Part shown: positions 55,101-63,227 of the stretch, piece by piece
How the letters are laid out: each line of letters opens with the position of its first letter
How positions within the stretch are numbered: the stretch's first letter is position 1
Position numbers and translations under genes: made by a program
The notes under the pieces: generated by a model
What the model was told of the DNA's origin: nothing
Database searches by the model: none
Seen by the model: only the letters and a program-made list of their open reading frames with translations
Assembly: GCA_964563355.1 (NCBI GenBank)
Contig: CAZLVU010000006.1
Coordinates: 18,346 to 82,345, forward strand
Reading direction: 5' to 3'
DNA: 64,000 nucleotides
Origin: an uncultured Candidatus Poseidoniales archaeon
GTDB taxonomy: Archaea > Thermoplasmatota > Poseidoniia > Poseidoniales > Thalassarchaeaceae

Positions 55101-57977
55101 TCTTCCCACGGTGAGTCTGCTGCATACGCTCAGAACTGGGTTCCAACTGACCCAAATTCAATAGATTCTGATCAAGACTCACTTCCTGATGGTTGGGAGG
55201 CCAGATACTCTTGCTATTGGCCATCTGGGAATTCGGGAATCAACCCAATGAATGGGTCTGATTACCTAAAGAATCCAGATGGCGATGGATTCGACACCAA
55301 TAATAACGGGATTCTGGAATTGAACGAGTCACTAGTAAATTGGTTGGAGTATCATTTAAAATCCGAGATATTGATGCCCAATGGGACATTCTCGGGTATC
55401 CAATACCCTGGAAATCTTACAACTAACCTGGCCCACGGCTCTTGGCAAGGATTGGCCACTGGGTCTTTTGGAGATAAACTGGGCAGCTATTACGAAACCA
55501 TCTCCACTGGCTTACCTCTGTATGACATCGGCTCATCAGACCCCTTACATTCGGACTCCGATAGGGATGGAATGCCAGATGGGTGGGAGGTTTTCCACGC
55601 CAGATGGAGCTTATTCGATCAGGACTGGACTCTTAATCCAGTGAATAGTCTGGATAATCTTGGTGACCCAGATCTTGACGGAATGACTAATTGGGAAGAG
55701 TACAATTCAATCGATGGCAATCATAGTGAAACCGACGGCACAATTTCTGTCCCACAGTTCTACTTAACCGATGCTGCGGGCGCGCTTTTGGAAACTCCAT
55801 GGATAGGGGCTGAGTCAGCTCTCTCATTCGGGTCATTCGTCTCAGATCAATCAGGACAAGGCATTGGGATGACCGCTGACCCGAACAACCCAGATTCCGA
55901 TGGAGACGGATTGTTAGACGGGGTTGAGCTGATTTTTACTGCATGGAACTCAACAGACCAGGTTTGGACATTGAACCCACTCGTTCCCGGGGACGGTATT
56001 TACGATTCAGACGGAGATGGAATCAGGGATCTGACTGAGCTAAATTTGACATCCAACGGACCGATCAATGGCGGTTTAACCCCATCGGAGGCACCACTAT
56101 TCTGGTCCGAAGCGGATCTTATTGACCACACGGACTTCGTGAACAGAGTTTATAGGATTTTATTCAGCAAGGAGGGCCGGGCTGAATTAGCCATGGATCA
56201 ATATTTGGAATGGCAGGAAGGAGGCCCCACAAAGCCAATGCTTGCATCCATTTTGGGTGTTACAGATCCCAATGACCCTGATACTGACCGAGACGGCATG
56301 AGCGATGGCTACGAATATTGGTTTACGGAGTGGTTCTTGGAGGGAAACCATTGGACTATGAATCCACTCTCGGACACCGATGTCAACTTTGACTCCGATG
56401 ATGACTCATTCGACTGCGATGGCGATGGCGAAATCTCAGATTCAGAGATATTCGATAATCTAGCTGAATATGACTCAATGTGGTATGGAAAGAGATTAGA
56501 CGTTGGAAATGCTCCTAATGGCTCTGCCCCCGTTTCCTATGGTTTGGATACTACTACGGCACTGGTCGAAGAAACTGGAATTTCCGAACAGGCTGCGCAA
56601 TACCAACTTTACCAAATGTTCTCATCCAAGAGCCCTTCTTCATCCGAGAAGGTCGGCCTGATTAATGGATTCGATCCTGATAATTTCAACAAGACACTGT
56701 CAGGGATAAGCGACCCCACTGACAGTGATTCAGATCGGGACGGAATGCCGGATGGGTGGGAGTACTGCTACTCTACATTCATGGAGGTCCAACCTGTGAA
56801 TTCATTCAGATGGTCTTTGAACCCGGTAAACCCACTGGATGTCCACTATGATCCCGATTCCGACGGGTGGTATGACCGGACAATAGTCGATCAGGCCGCA
56901 AATCAGGGTAAATGGGTTGACAGGGAGTTCTTGCCATATGCCAATGATCAGCAGATTGAGAACGGAAACTCCGCGCTTTACTTCACCAATATGATGGAGT
57001 TCTTGAATGGGACTCATCCCATGGATCAAGACTCTGATGGCGACTCTATTGTGATGAGGCCCACGTTCCAAGGTGACGCTATTAGTGGATACGTCTCAGA
57101 CCTAAGCTTGTCCGATGGCCGAGAGATTTTCAAGTATGGAACGAACCCACTTGACAACGATACCGATGGAGACATGATGCCAGACTTCTACGAGCACTAT
57201 AGGGGCTGGAACGAAACTAATGATAACTGGTCCTCATTCATGAAAATCCAAGTTCAGTGGATTGAGGTTACTCCGAACAATTGGAAGCCAGTGAACATCT
57301 CTAAGGGAGAAATTGTCAGGCCAGCATTGGGATGGACCTGGTTCACACATGACCCTACTGACCCCTCTGACGCTGCAATGGACCCGGATAATGACGGAGA
57401 ATGGGATTGCTCGGGCGCATCATGTGAATATGTTCCGTACAATAACTTCCAAGAATACTATGCAGTGGTTAACACGACACTATCTTCTCCTTCGATTGTT
57501 CGTGCATCTTCACTTTATGATTGCTCAGGCCAAGATGTCGAGGAGTGGTGGCAGCTTAGGGAGACATTGCTGGGAACTTGCTCTGGCTCCTCCTCCCTAT
57601 CGTCAAATTACTTGAGGATGAATAGGATAAATGAGGAAGACCAGCTATATGCATTGATAATTGATGACAACGATGATTATTACGCTGAAGTCAACTCATC
57701 TGATGACGTTGTGTTCGTCAACGGCGCTTGGACAGATGAATTCAACAGATTAGCAGGAGATAGGTACCACCTCCCGAATATTGGATTGGGGGAATACCCC
57801 TATGGTTGGTGGATGTTGGACATCGACGGAGATTTGATCGCTGATGGGACCGACCCAACTAATTGGGACTCGGACGGGGATTGGTTGAACGACTTCTTCG
57901 AGATCGACGACGACTTGCTCGACGGAATAAGAGGGAATAGCGGATCCCCAATCAGGTATGACGATCGGACCACGTGA
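52188..57977 (+). CDS. Giant secreted/anchored protein, 1929 aa: N-terminal anchor, TSP3 Ca-binding repeats, central beta-propeller-like repeats, long C-terminal TSP3 composite-repeat array
   Basis: N-terminus RRKHSALLISFFVLSSLAFV. TSP3 units include DTDGDGLPDGYE, DSDGDGMPDGWE and DSDRDGMPDGWE. Propeller-like blades include VGSKHGITVID, VGTNIGLHSID, IGTDVGLIGWN, IGTSGGLHLVN and IGSKDGTWCLE. There is no C-terminal TM segment. Confidence 0.85.
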   Translation: MLTSSERRSITMINPPRAKIARGELVRRKHSALLISFFVLSSLAFVSQTRPQSPVSSTDPNQADGVQPPVTDQDGDLIPDLYEVIFGDDFLLENQLVSLPISGLDPSDSTDNTSDYDRDGLTALQEYCWPYTLDRCFEERNSLTGKPPEETQSGLREYLDPRVSDTDGDGLPDGYEVYMCTIGGLYSNNPNDPLNSKKTWGCKYFDPLDPIDMYSDFDRCEADFSWGCGDGFDFNSDGIIDVGERFTNSEEYLLGSPSDWITERDGLWCSGNISGLTEQACQTQFERPTSTSGWLGSDPRFSDSDYFSWDDFSPIELEVMGDGIPDGWEAHHGMDPLNSSDAVIDSDSDGWDYDRDGFITPDATSSTAHWGEAFSNFEEFSIDFDSSNGVSPGLRGTKVSAVAGQVISFDHTTATRLVDTAIHSLVVDQPRERLLVGSKHGITVIDPFRGTESGFEFPSGMVGLTLDRFSVGDSEFLLVGTNIGLHSIDLENGLPIMASMVSWETGRISEIVQLKTFSDDLDLMALGDNTAWKVQLVEGFNTNPSSVTPIKISGLSTILSDSNASVSSAAHAEIPGRSPLLFIGTDVGLIGWNTTDGTEETGQPWWIFNTLNAHHHVNTNLFETTNTATVNTIEIKLNPDGFSDVWIGTSGGLHLVNMDLIISQPHDAFDNDRMLNVEGLISGANDVHSILPMEGMVIIGSKDGTWCLEGDSEGILGTFQNQTAIPGLVTSMATLVKEGEDWLFVGVSPGRYMNIAPMNPLSHDSDLDGMPDGWEATHGLDPTDPYDGVRDIDSDGASIIWGDANEYSKPWTNLDEFRFTSSTEEGFNGTDPRNSDSDGDGLTDGEEYWGWFLESTMFDCHYLNGEYVCDQSTGESAKEVHLGGWLGSGAGGGTDSPTDPTNPDSDGDGMPDGWEIANRRWKGDVYTGGNEWTLDPRDPSDATKDADGDGLTNICEYEWEKLRSNVISNGLSSHGESAAYAQNWVPTDPNSIDSDQDSLPDGWEARYSCYWPSGNSGINPMNGSDYLKNPDGDGFDTNNNGILELNESLVNWLEYHLKSEILMPNGTFSGIQYPGNLTTNLAHGSWQGLATGSFGDKLGSYYETISTGLPLYDIGSSDPLHSDSDRDGMPDGWEVFHARWSLFDQDWTLNPVNSLDNLGDPDLDGMTNWEEYNSIDGNHSETDGTISVPQFYLTDAAGALLETPWIGAESALSFGSFVSDQSGQGIGMTADPNNPDSDGDGLLDGVELIFTAWNSTDQVWTLNPLVPGDGIYDSDGDGIRDLTELNLTSNGPINGGLTPSEAPLFWSEADLIDHTDFVNRVYRILFSKEGRAELAMDQYLEWQEGGPTKPMLASILGVTDPNDPDTDRDGMSDGYEYWFTEWFLEGNHWTMNPLSDTDVNFDSDDDSFDCDGDGEISDSEIFDNLAEYDSMWYGKRLDVGNAPNGSAPVSYGLDTTTALVEETGISEQAAQYQLYQMFSSKSPSSSEKVGLINGFDPDNFNKTLSGISDPTDSDSDRDGMPDGWEYCYSTFMEVQPVNSFRWSLNPVNPLDVHYDPDSDGWYDRTIVDQAANQGKWVDREFLPYANDQQIENGNSALYFTNMMEFLNGTHPMDQDSDGDSIVMRPTFQGDAISGYVSDLSLSDGREIFKYGTNPLDNDTDGDMMPDFYEHYRGWNETNDNWSSFMKIQVQWIEVTPNNWKPVNISKGEIVRPALGWTWFTHDPTDPSDAAMDPDNDGEWDCSGASCEYVPYNNFQEYYAVVNTTLSSPSIVRASSLYDCSGQDVEEWWQLRETLLGTCSGSSSLSSNYLRMNRINEEDQLYALIIDDNDDYYAEVNSSDDVVFVNGAWTDEFNRLAGDRYHLPNIGLGEYPYGWWMLDIDGDLIADGTDPTNWDSDGDWLNDFFEIDDDLLDGIRGNSGSPIRYDDRTT
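52401..53275 (+). repeat. N-terminal TSP3-like repeat array of the 1929-aa gene (protein-level repeats)
   Basis: DQDGDLIPDLYE, DYDRDGLTALQEY, DTDGDGLPDGYE, DFNSDGIID, GDGIPDGWEAHHGMDP, DSDSDGWDYDRDG. Confidence 0.7.
54477..57905 (+). repeat. C-terminal TSP3 composite-repeat array of the 1929-aa gene (protein-level repeats)
   Basis: At least 12 DxDxDG units are present. Five of them form extended modules of the form DP-x3-DSDxDGMPDGWE-x(8-17)-W(T/S)(L/M)(N/D)P-x(4-10)-DxDxDG between about 54870 and 56880. Confidence 0.75.
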
Positions 57978-58016
57978 GCACAATTACTTCATGACCTATG
58001 CTCTCTTCACACTTTC

Positions 58017-58490
58017 ATGGAGCCCCCCCATTCTACAATTCCCATTCCCGAATCGCCAATCGAAGACAAGAAAATCTTCTTACAGGGAAACATAGTGAAT
58101 TTTGTTAGGCAATACCAACTCCCAATCATTGAGGTTTCACTTGTAATTTCCAAGTACCTGAGAATCTTAACCGAGTCTCTGATTGAGCAGGCAACTGTGC
58201 ACGGGGAAGTATTGCCTGATAGTCTGCTTATGCAGAGGCCATTTGATCCTCCAGATATCGAGCCCGTTATCTCTGAGTTCCCTCTTGATTCACTGATTGG
58301 AAATGTAGACCAAGATAGGATGGACATTCTGGATACAATAATCAGGACTTCAATTACCAATACCGAATTGCCCTTCAGCCAGGCAATCCCAATTCTCAGA
58401 GATTGGGAAGAATTGACTCGCAAGCAACTTTCCGAGGCCACTAGCCCGGGGCACCTATTTACTCCTCTAGGTATTCCCGATGGATTCTAG
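58017..58490 (+). CDS. Hypothetical protein, 157 aa
   Basis: The composition is balanced and protein-like. The overlapping minus-strand ORF (58007-58441) is Ser/Cys/Ile-rich and looks like antisense. I recognised no family. Confidence 0.45.
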   Translation: MEPPHSTIPIPESPIEDKKIFLQGNIVNFVRQYQLPIIEVSLVISKYLRILTESLIEQATVHGEVLPDSLLMQRPFDPPDIEPVISEFPLDSLIGNVDQDRMDILDTIIRTSITNTELPFSQAIPILRDWEELTRKQLSEATSPGHLFTPLGIPDGF

Positions 58491-58820
58491 ATTTGCCCTA
58501 TTCTCAGCGCTGGAAACGATTTCGCTTGAGACCCACCATGCATCTGCTATTGACCACACGTATAGTAGCGGCCAAAGAACTAACGAGACAACAAGTGGGA
58601 ATTGGATTAGGAACCACTCTAGCCCCTTCCGATGCTGCCGGTTGAAGTGCTGCCCCAGAAATAACAGCGGGACAAGGGAAAGTGCAACGGCAAAGAGGGG
58701 CCTCATTGCACCCCAAGGCCCGATTCCACCACTCAGCTCATCCCAAATTGCTGACGTCACGCCGATGATGCCCGCATCACCCTCCTCGGGCTCCAACTCA
58801 ACGACGTACTCATCCCCCAC
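58467..58820 (-). CDS. Small membrane protein, 117 aa, two predicted TM helices
   Basis: The acidic N-terminus is followed by RPLFAVALSLVPLLFLG and FLIQFPLVVSLVLWPLLYVW. It is divergent from pcp with a 15-bp spacer. Confidence 0.45.
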   Translation of the reverse strand: MGDEYVVELEPEEGDAGIIGVTSAIWDELSGGIGPWGAMRPLFAVALSLVPLLFLGQHFNRQHRKGLEWFLIQFPLVVSLVLWPLLYVWSIADAWWVSSEIVSSAENRANLESIGNT

Positions 58821-58835
58821 GGCTACCGCCTACAA

Positions 58836-59531
58836 TTGGGACGGATGAACATGACGACTAATTTACACAGAAAAGGCGAACTATCTACTGGCCCTGCGAC
58901 AGCCGTGACCATTCCGCGTGTGCTTTTGACGGGGTTCCCCCCCTTCTCCAATCACACCAACAACGTCTCCGAAGAAATCCTTAGGGAAATTTCGATTTCG
59001 GGCATTGATGATTTGCAGATTGTCCCCACTCTTCTAAGTGTGGACGAACCCGGCTCTAGGAAGGTCTCATCGGAAATTTCCAGAGGTGCTGGGTACTCAG
59101 CAATATTGCATTTGGGTTATTCTCCGGACTCCACAATGATTCAACTGGAGAGATTTGCGAGGAACAGGTACTCAATGACGGTGCCCGATAATTCGGGCAG
59201 GCAAATCAAGAGTGGACTGATTGTCGAAGATGCCCCATTGATCCTTGAAACAATTGCACCTACTAGTTTGATTAATGCTTCTTTAGGAGAGAAAGAAGTT
59301 GTGAGTTGGAGTGAAGATGCTGGGGGGTTTGTGTGCAATGAAACATATTTCCGAACTCTATTCTCCGCAAGCAAGTCGAATGCATCATCTCCCCGTGTCC
59401 TCTTTATGCACCTACCTGGGAGTCAATTTGTTCCGATTGAGGAGCAAATCGCCGTGGTTTCGATCGTTTCAAGGTGTCTTTGCTTCTCTACGCAACCAGA
59501 ACTTCTCACTACTGGACAGAATCACGCATAG
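58836..59531 (+). CDS. pcp: Pyroglutamyl-peptidase I (peptidase C15)
   Basis: VLLTGFPPFSNHTNNVSEEI, the LER (Glu) region, nucleophile motif DAGGFVCNETYF, and His motif LFMHLPG. The N-terminal extension of about 25 aa suggests the real start may be downstream. Confidence 0.8.
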   Translation: MGRMNMTTNLHRKGELSTGPATAVTIPRVLLTGFPPFSNHTNNVSEEILREISISGIDDLQIVPTLLSVDEPGSRKVSSEISRGAGYSAILHLGYSPDSTMIQLERFARNRYSMTVPDNSGRQIKSGLIVEDAPLILETIAPTSLINASLGEKEVVSWSEDAGGFVCNETYFRTLFSASKSNASSPRVLFMHLPGSQFVPIEEQIAVVSIVSRCLCFSTQPELLTTGQNHA

Positions 59532-60027
59532 TGGGTTGTCCCCTAGAGTCGAACCACTCGTTCGGCTCACCATCGCGGTCCATTGTCAAATCGTCCCCCG
59601 CGGTTCTAGGAACGGAATCTCTACCACTGTGCCAGGTTTGTTGCTCCAACCACAGGGCCAAATCGCCGCCCTCTAGGCGAATTTCTAAGGTTCCTCCTAG
59701 AGTTTTGCCCTCGACGACAAATGAGATCTTGCCAACCGAGGCAGATTGTCTGGAAATAGAGAAGAACGTTTCGCTCCCACATAAGTTCATCACCATTGCA
59801 TCAAACGCTGTGTCAAGTACTCTGCTCTCCCTAAGCTTTGACATGAAGGTCTCCATGGAATCTACTGCACCAGATATCTTGAAATCACTCCTCGTGCTTG
59901 GAAAGGGGTTCTCCTCAGGCGACATTTCAGCGTTCCATTCTGGAAACAACTTCTGAATAGATTCCGTTACCTTTGCCGGGCTCTCGTGGGATCGAATAAT
60001 CGATGACACTGTGATTACCGGTTCCAC
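59509..60027 (-). CDS. UPF0201 (COG1931)-like archaeal protein, putative RNA-binding
   Basis: ITVSSIIRSHESPAKVTESIQKLFP, LRESRVLDTAFDAM, FFSISRQSASVGKISF and LGGTLEIRLE follow the UPF0201 pattern as I recall it (V.PTED.eKV..Ai.nlFP ... ILDaAR ... lnKQAA.vG...f ... LG.I.v). There is an extra C-terminal tail of about 40 aa. Confidence 0.5.
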   Translation of the reverse strand: MEPVITVSSIIRSHESPAKVTESIQKLFPEWNAEMSPEENPFPSTRSDFKISGAVDSMETFMSKLRESRVLDTAFDAMVMNLCGSETFFSISRQSASVGKISFVVEGKTLGGTLEIRLEGGDLALWLEQQTWHSGRDSVPRTAGDDLTMDRDGEPNEWFDSRGQPTMRDSVQ

Positions 60028-60118
60028 ATCGCAACCAGTCCTTCGTTGGTAAAGAGTCTAATGTAAGAATGTCCCAATTCCGCGAACTATTCAAACGGAA
60101 CATGAATGACCAAGATGT

Positions 60119-60886
60119 ATGACAACTCGTTCGAGTGCTATGTCCCTGGCCCTATTTGTTTTCCCCAGTGTGTGTGTAATCTCGATTAGGTTCACTATCC
60201 CCGCATTCAATTCGGCACTTTCTAACGACATTGTTTCAGAATTTGCCATACATGCAGTCGCATTGGTAGTTGGGCTATTTGCAATGTACAAGTACCGTTT
60301 CGTTGAGGATCACGAATATCATCGAACTAGGGCAATAGGGAGGCTGTCTAAGACTTACAAGGAGGAAGATAGGGGCCTGTGGGAAAGAGGTGAAAATGCC
60401 CTTGAGAAACTAGAGGCCAAGGCATTTACGAACTTCAGAGGTAGGAGAGCAACAGATGCCCGGCAGAAGATGCAGAGCACTATCGGTTCGCTGAATCTGG
60501 AAGCACCGGAGGTCGAAAACTCGGCCGATGGATATTCTGGATTTTCACTTCGAATCGATGGCGTTGAACAATCAACTCAGGGAGATATAAATGCTCAAAC
60601 TAAAGGGCCAAAAACAGGCCGATTTCGCACCTTTCTCGATGCCTTTGTGGAAAGGACCGCTAAAAAAAGAATCACCATTTCCAGTTCAGCACCGCATGAA
60701 AACGAGAATTTTTCAAACAAGTCAACTAAGACTGCCCATTCTCCAAATTCTCATTGGGTAGTTCCCGAGGATATCGGAGAAAGAAGCCATCCAGAGGTTT
60801 GCCATGGCTGTGGGACGCTCAACAACCCCGATGCAAACTATTGCTCATCTTGTGGCTCGTTCCTATCTCGAGCAGGGAACGGTTGA
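60119..60886 (+). CDS. Membrane protein with C-terminal zinc-ribbon
   Basis: Two N-terminal hydrophobic helices, a charged middle section, and a C-terminal [21 protein letters not shown] double CxxC zinc-ribbon. Confidence 0.55.
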   Translation: MTTRSSAMSLALFVFPSVCVISIRFTIPAFNSALSNDIVSEFAIHAVALVVGLFAMYKYRFVEDHEYHRTRAIGRLSKTYKEEDRGLWERGENALEKLEAKAFTNFRGRRATDARQKMQSTIGSLNLEAPEVENSADGYSGFSLRIDGVEQSTQGDINAQTKGPKTGRFRTFLDAFVERTAKKRITISSSAPHENENFSNKSTKTAHSPNSHWVVPEDIGERSHPEVCHGCGTLNNPDANYCSSCGSFLSRAGNG

Positions 60887-60921
60887 TAGGATACGGTCAG
60901 AAGCACGAGGACGGTGAGAGT

Positions 60922-62064
60922 GTGGCTGAAAAGCGAGACTACTACGAAGTATTGGGAGTGAGCAAGTCATCCTCCGAATCAGATATCAAGACTGCATTCC
61001 GTAAACTAGCTAGGAAATTTCACCCTGATAAGAACCCAGGGGATCCTAACTCAGAGGCGCAGTTCAAGGAAATTCAAGAGGCGTACGCGATTCTTTCAAA
61101 TCCAGATCAGAGAAGGAAGTATGACATGTTCGGGCATGATCGTCCCGGAGGATCTCCTTTCGGCTCCGATGGATTCCAAGGAGTCAATATCAGCTTCGAT
61201 GACCTTTTTGGAGGGGGCTTCGATTCAATCTTCAGTCAGTTCTTCGGCGAATCACAAAGCCGCACCTCACAGGGATCTGACTTGCTAGTGAGGCACACTG
61301 TTCCATTTCAGGCAGCGATGGACGGGATGGATGATGAGTTGGAAATCGAAGTCCTGAAGGACTGCTCCGAATGCGGTGGTTCTGGGTCCAAGAGCAACAA
61401 GGGCTCTCGTGCCTGCCCATCCTGTGACGGTAGAGGGAGAATTGACCAGATTTCTATGATTGGCCCATTTAGGCAAAGAGTCAGGAAGGACTGTGCCCCC
61501 TGTAGAGGATCGGGAAGATTAGTTTCAGACCCCTGTAAAACTTGCAAGGGGGTCGGACGATCATTTCAGTCAATTAAGGTGAAGTTCGGGGTTAGCCCGG
61601 GTGTGGGAAGCGGTACTAGGCTAAGGATGAGGGGGCAGGGGGAGGCAGCTCCTTCACTAAACGGGAAGCCAGGTGACCTGTACATAGAGCTGGAGGTGGA
61701 ACCCCATCCTTGGTTCGAGCGCGACGGAAGCGACCTCTTGATGGCCCTGCCTCTGAGTTTCGCGGACCTGTCTCTTGGAACAACCATTGAGATTCCCCAC
61801 ATCGATGCAAAAAGCCTGAGGATCAAGGTTCCTCAGGGATCGACCCCTGGTGAGACAATCCCCATCCGGGACAGAGGTCTCCCAAGGTCCAGAGGTAGAT
61901 CGGGGAGAGGTACTGTGACTGCAGTTCTAAAACTAGAAGTCCCAAGAAAGCCATCTCGCTCCATGCTCAAGAAGATCAAGGAAATCAGAGATGAGATGGA
62001 AGGCGAGCTCAAACCTTTGGAAGATCGGATTAGAGATGAAGCTAAAACGCGTAGAAAGAGGTAA
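60922..62064 (+). CDS. dnaJ: Chaperone DnaJ (type I, with Zn-finger domain)
   Basis: A GTG start gives (M)[13 protein letters not shown]-domain HPD motif (KFHPDKN), a G/F region, four CxxCxGxG motifs ([32 protein letters not shown]), and the C-terminal substrate-binding domains. The track ORF start at 60754 overlaps the previous gene. An in-frame TTG at 60883 is another option. Confidence 0.9.
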   Translation: MAEKRDYYEVLGVSKSSSESDIKTAFRKLARKFHPDKNPGDPNSEAQFKEIQEAYAILSNPDQRRKYDMFGHDRPGGSPFGSDGFQGVNISFDDLFGGGFDSIFSQFFGESQSRTSQGSDLLVRHTVPFQAAMDGMDDELEIEVLKDCSECGGSGSKSNKGSRACPSCDGRGRIDQISMIGPFRQRVRKDCAPCRGSGRLVSDPCKTCKGVGRSFQSIKVKFGVSPGVGSGTRLRMRGQGEAAPSLNGKPGDLYIELEVEPHPWFERDGSDLLMALPLSFADLSLGTTIEIPHIDAKSLRIKVPQGSTPGETIPIRDRGLPRSRGRSGRGTVTAVLKLEVPRKPSRSMLKKIKEIRDEMEGELKPLEDRIRDEAKTRRKR

Positions 62065-63168
62065 TCATTTCCCCTCACTCCAGCTAATAGTGCTACTCGG
62101 GACAGCTGCTACGGGGTTTCCCGAGACAATACCGGAAAGTTGCATGTTTAGTGATGAGGGATTTCCGCGAACATCCACGTTGAGAAAAATTGTTTTCTGG
62201 GGTTCGATATCCCCAATGAACACCTCATCGTCTTGGAACAGATACTCCGGCTCCACCCCTCCGACCTTGGTTTCTTCCCCCAACGGCGAATAAATTCTGA
62301 TTGCTGCTAGCTCCCATGCCCTGTCTCTGACTTCCATACCAATTATGCATGCATCACCAAACTTCCATGCGTAAACCTCAACTTGGCTGGTAATGTGCCT
62401 AATTTCGGGATTACCAAGCTCTGCCATAGCAGCATCCCACGTACCTTGACCCAAGTGCCTCAGGGAATCTTCAATCGATTCACTACGGAGTGAAAGCAAC
62501 CCATCTTCCCCAAATCTCTCCCTGAGGGTGAGTAGTACTTTCTTCTCGTGATCCGAAACTCCATTTCGATTCCGGTTGAATGCCCTGAATTGCCCTCTGT
62601 TCCACCACATCACGACGAGAAATGGAAGAATTAGCGTGAATCCAATAATTAGGTAGAAATCAGTAAACATCCAAGAAAGATCCTCAAACACTACGTCATT
62701 GCTTTCTACCGGTCCTAGGTTGTTCAGTGTGAATCTGTATCCGAGCGGTTCAATGGAATCCCCCAATCTTTCTACCCTAACTACATGAATCCCTTCACTG
62801 AGGTTTATTTGGCCATTATTGGTAGAATATACAATCGTCCAAGAGGACTGATTCAGTGATTGTATCTGAATAATTATCGAGGAGTAATTCTCCCTAACAA
62901 GCTCAACGATCGTTCCGTTTGTTGAGGAAATTTCAAGGGCGAATACATCTACAGAATCGTTTGATCCAAACGTTCCATTGTATGTAATATTCCTCGCAGT
63001 AATGACCTGCCATCGACTGTCTAATCCAACTTCACCCCAGAAATAGTCGGGAGCATCGTCGATTTCCTCAATTTGCGATTCATTATTCCCAGACTGCTCA
63101 GCATATGCAATTTGTGAAATTGAAAGTAACACGAAGACGACGCAACCCGTACATGACGCCCTCATCAC
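62065..63168 (-). CDS. Bitopic membrane protein, 367 aa: signal peptide, PPC (pre-peptidase C-terminal)-like ectodomain, TM helix, cytoplasmic domain of unknown function
   Basis: Signal segment CVVFVLLSISQIAYAEQ. DSVDVFALEISSTNGTIVEL...GIHVVRVERLG...GYRFTLNN resembles a PPC domain. TM segment FTDFYLIIGFTLILPFLVVMWW. Confidence 0.6.
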   Translation of the reverse strand: MMRASCTGCVVFVLLSISQIAYAEQSGNNESQIEEIDDAPDYFWGEVGLDSRWQVITARNITYNGTFGSNDSVDVFALEISSTNGTIVELVRENYSSIIIQIQSLNQSSWTIVYSTNNGQINLSEGIHVVRVERLGDSIEPLGYRFTLNNLGPVESNDVVFEDLSWMFTDFYLIIGFTLILPFLVVMWWNRGQFRAFNRNRNGVSDHEKKVLLTLRERFGEDGLLSLRSESIEDSLRHLGQGTWDAAMAELGNPEIRHITSQVEVYAWKFGDACIIGMEVRDRAWELAAIRIYSPLGEETKVGGVEPEYLFQDDEVFIGDIEPQKTIFLNVDVRGNPSSLNMQLSGIVSGNPVAAVPSSTISWSEGK

Positions 63169-63227
63169 GTTTCGGAGGACGTTTAGGTCTTAGAATCCTT
63201 CAAGCGAAAAACTTCCCTCGGAGGTCG

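Noticed and set aside
58007-59956. Competing overlapping ORFs: 58007-58441 (minus), 58480-58848 (plus) and 59474-59956 (plus).
   Set aside because: Each is the mirror frame of an ORF with better protein-like features: TM helices for 58467-58820, UPF0201-like motifs for 59509-60027, and balanced composition for 58017-58490. Confidence in the two small genes I chose remains modest.
60754-60921. The 56-codon N-terminal extension of the dnaJ track ORF, which overlaps the Zn-ribbon gene.
   Set aside because: The extension is basic and low-complexity and overlaps a gene with a clear Zn-ribbon. Canonical DnaJ proteins begin 3-5 residues before DYYEVLGV, which matches GTG 60922.
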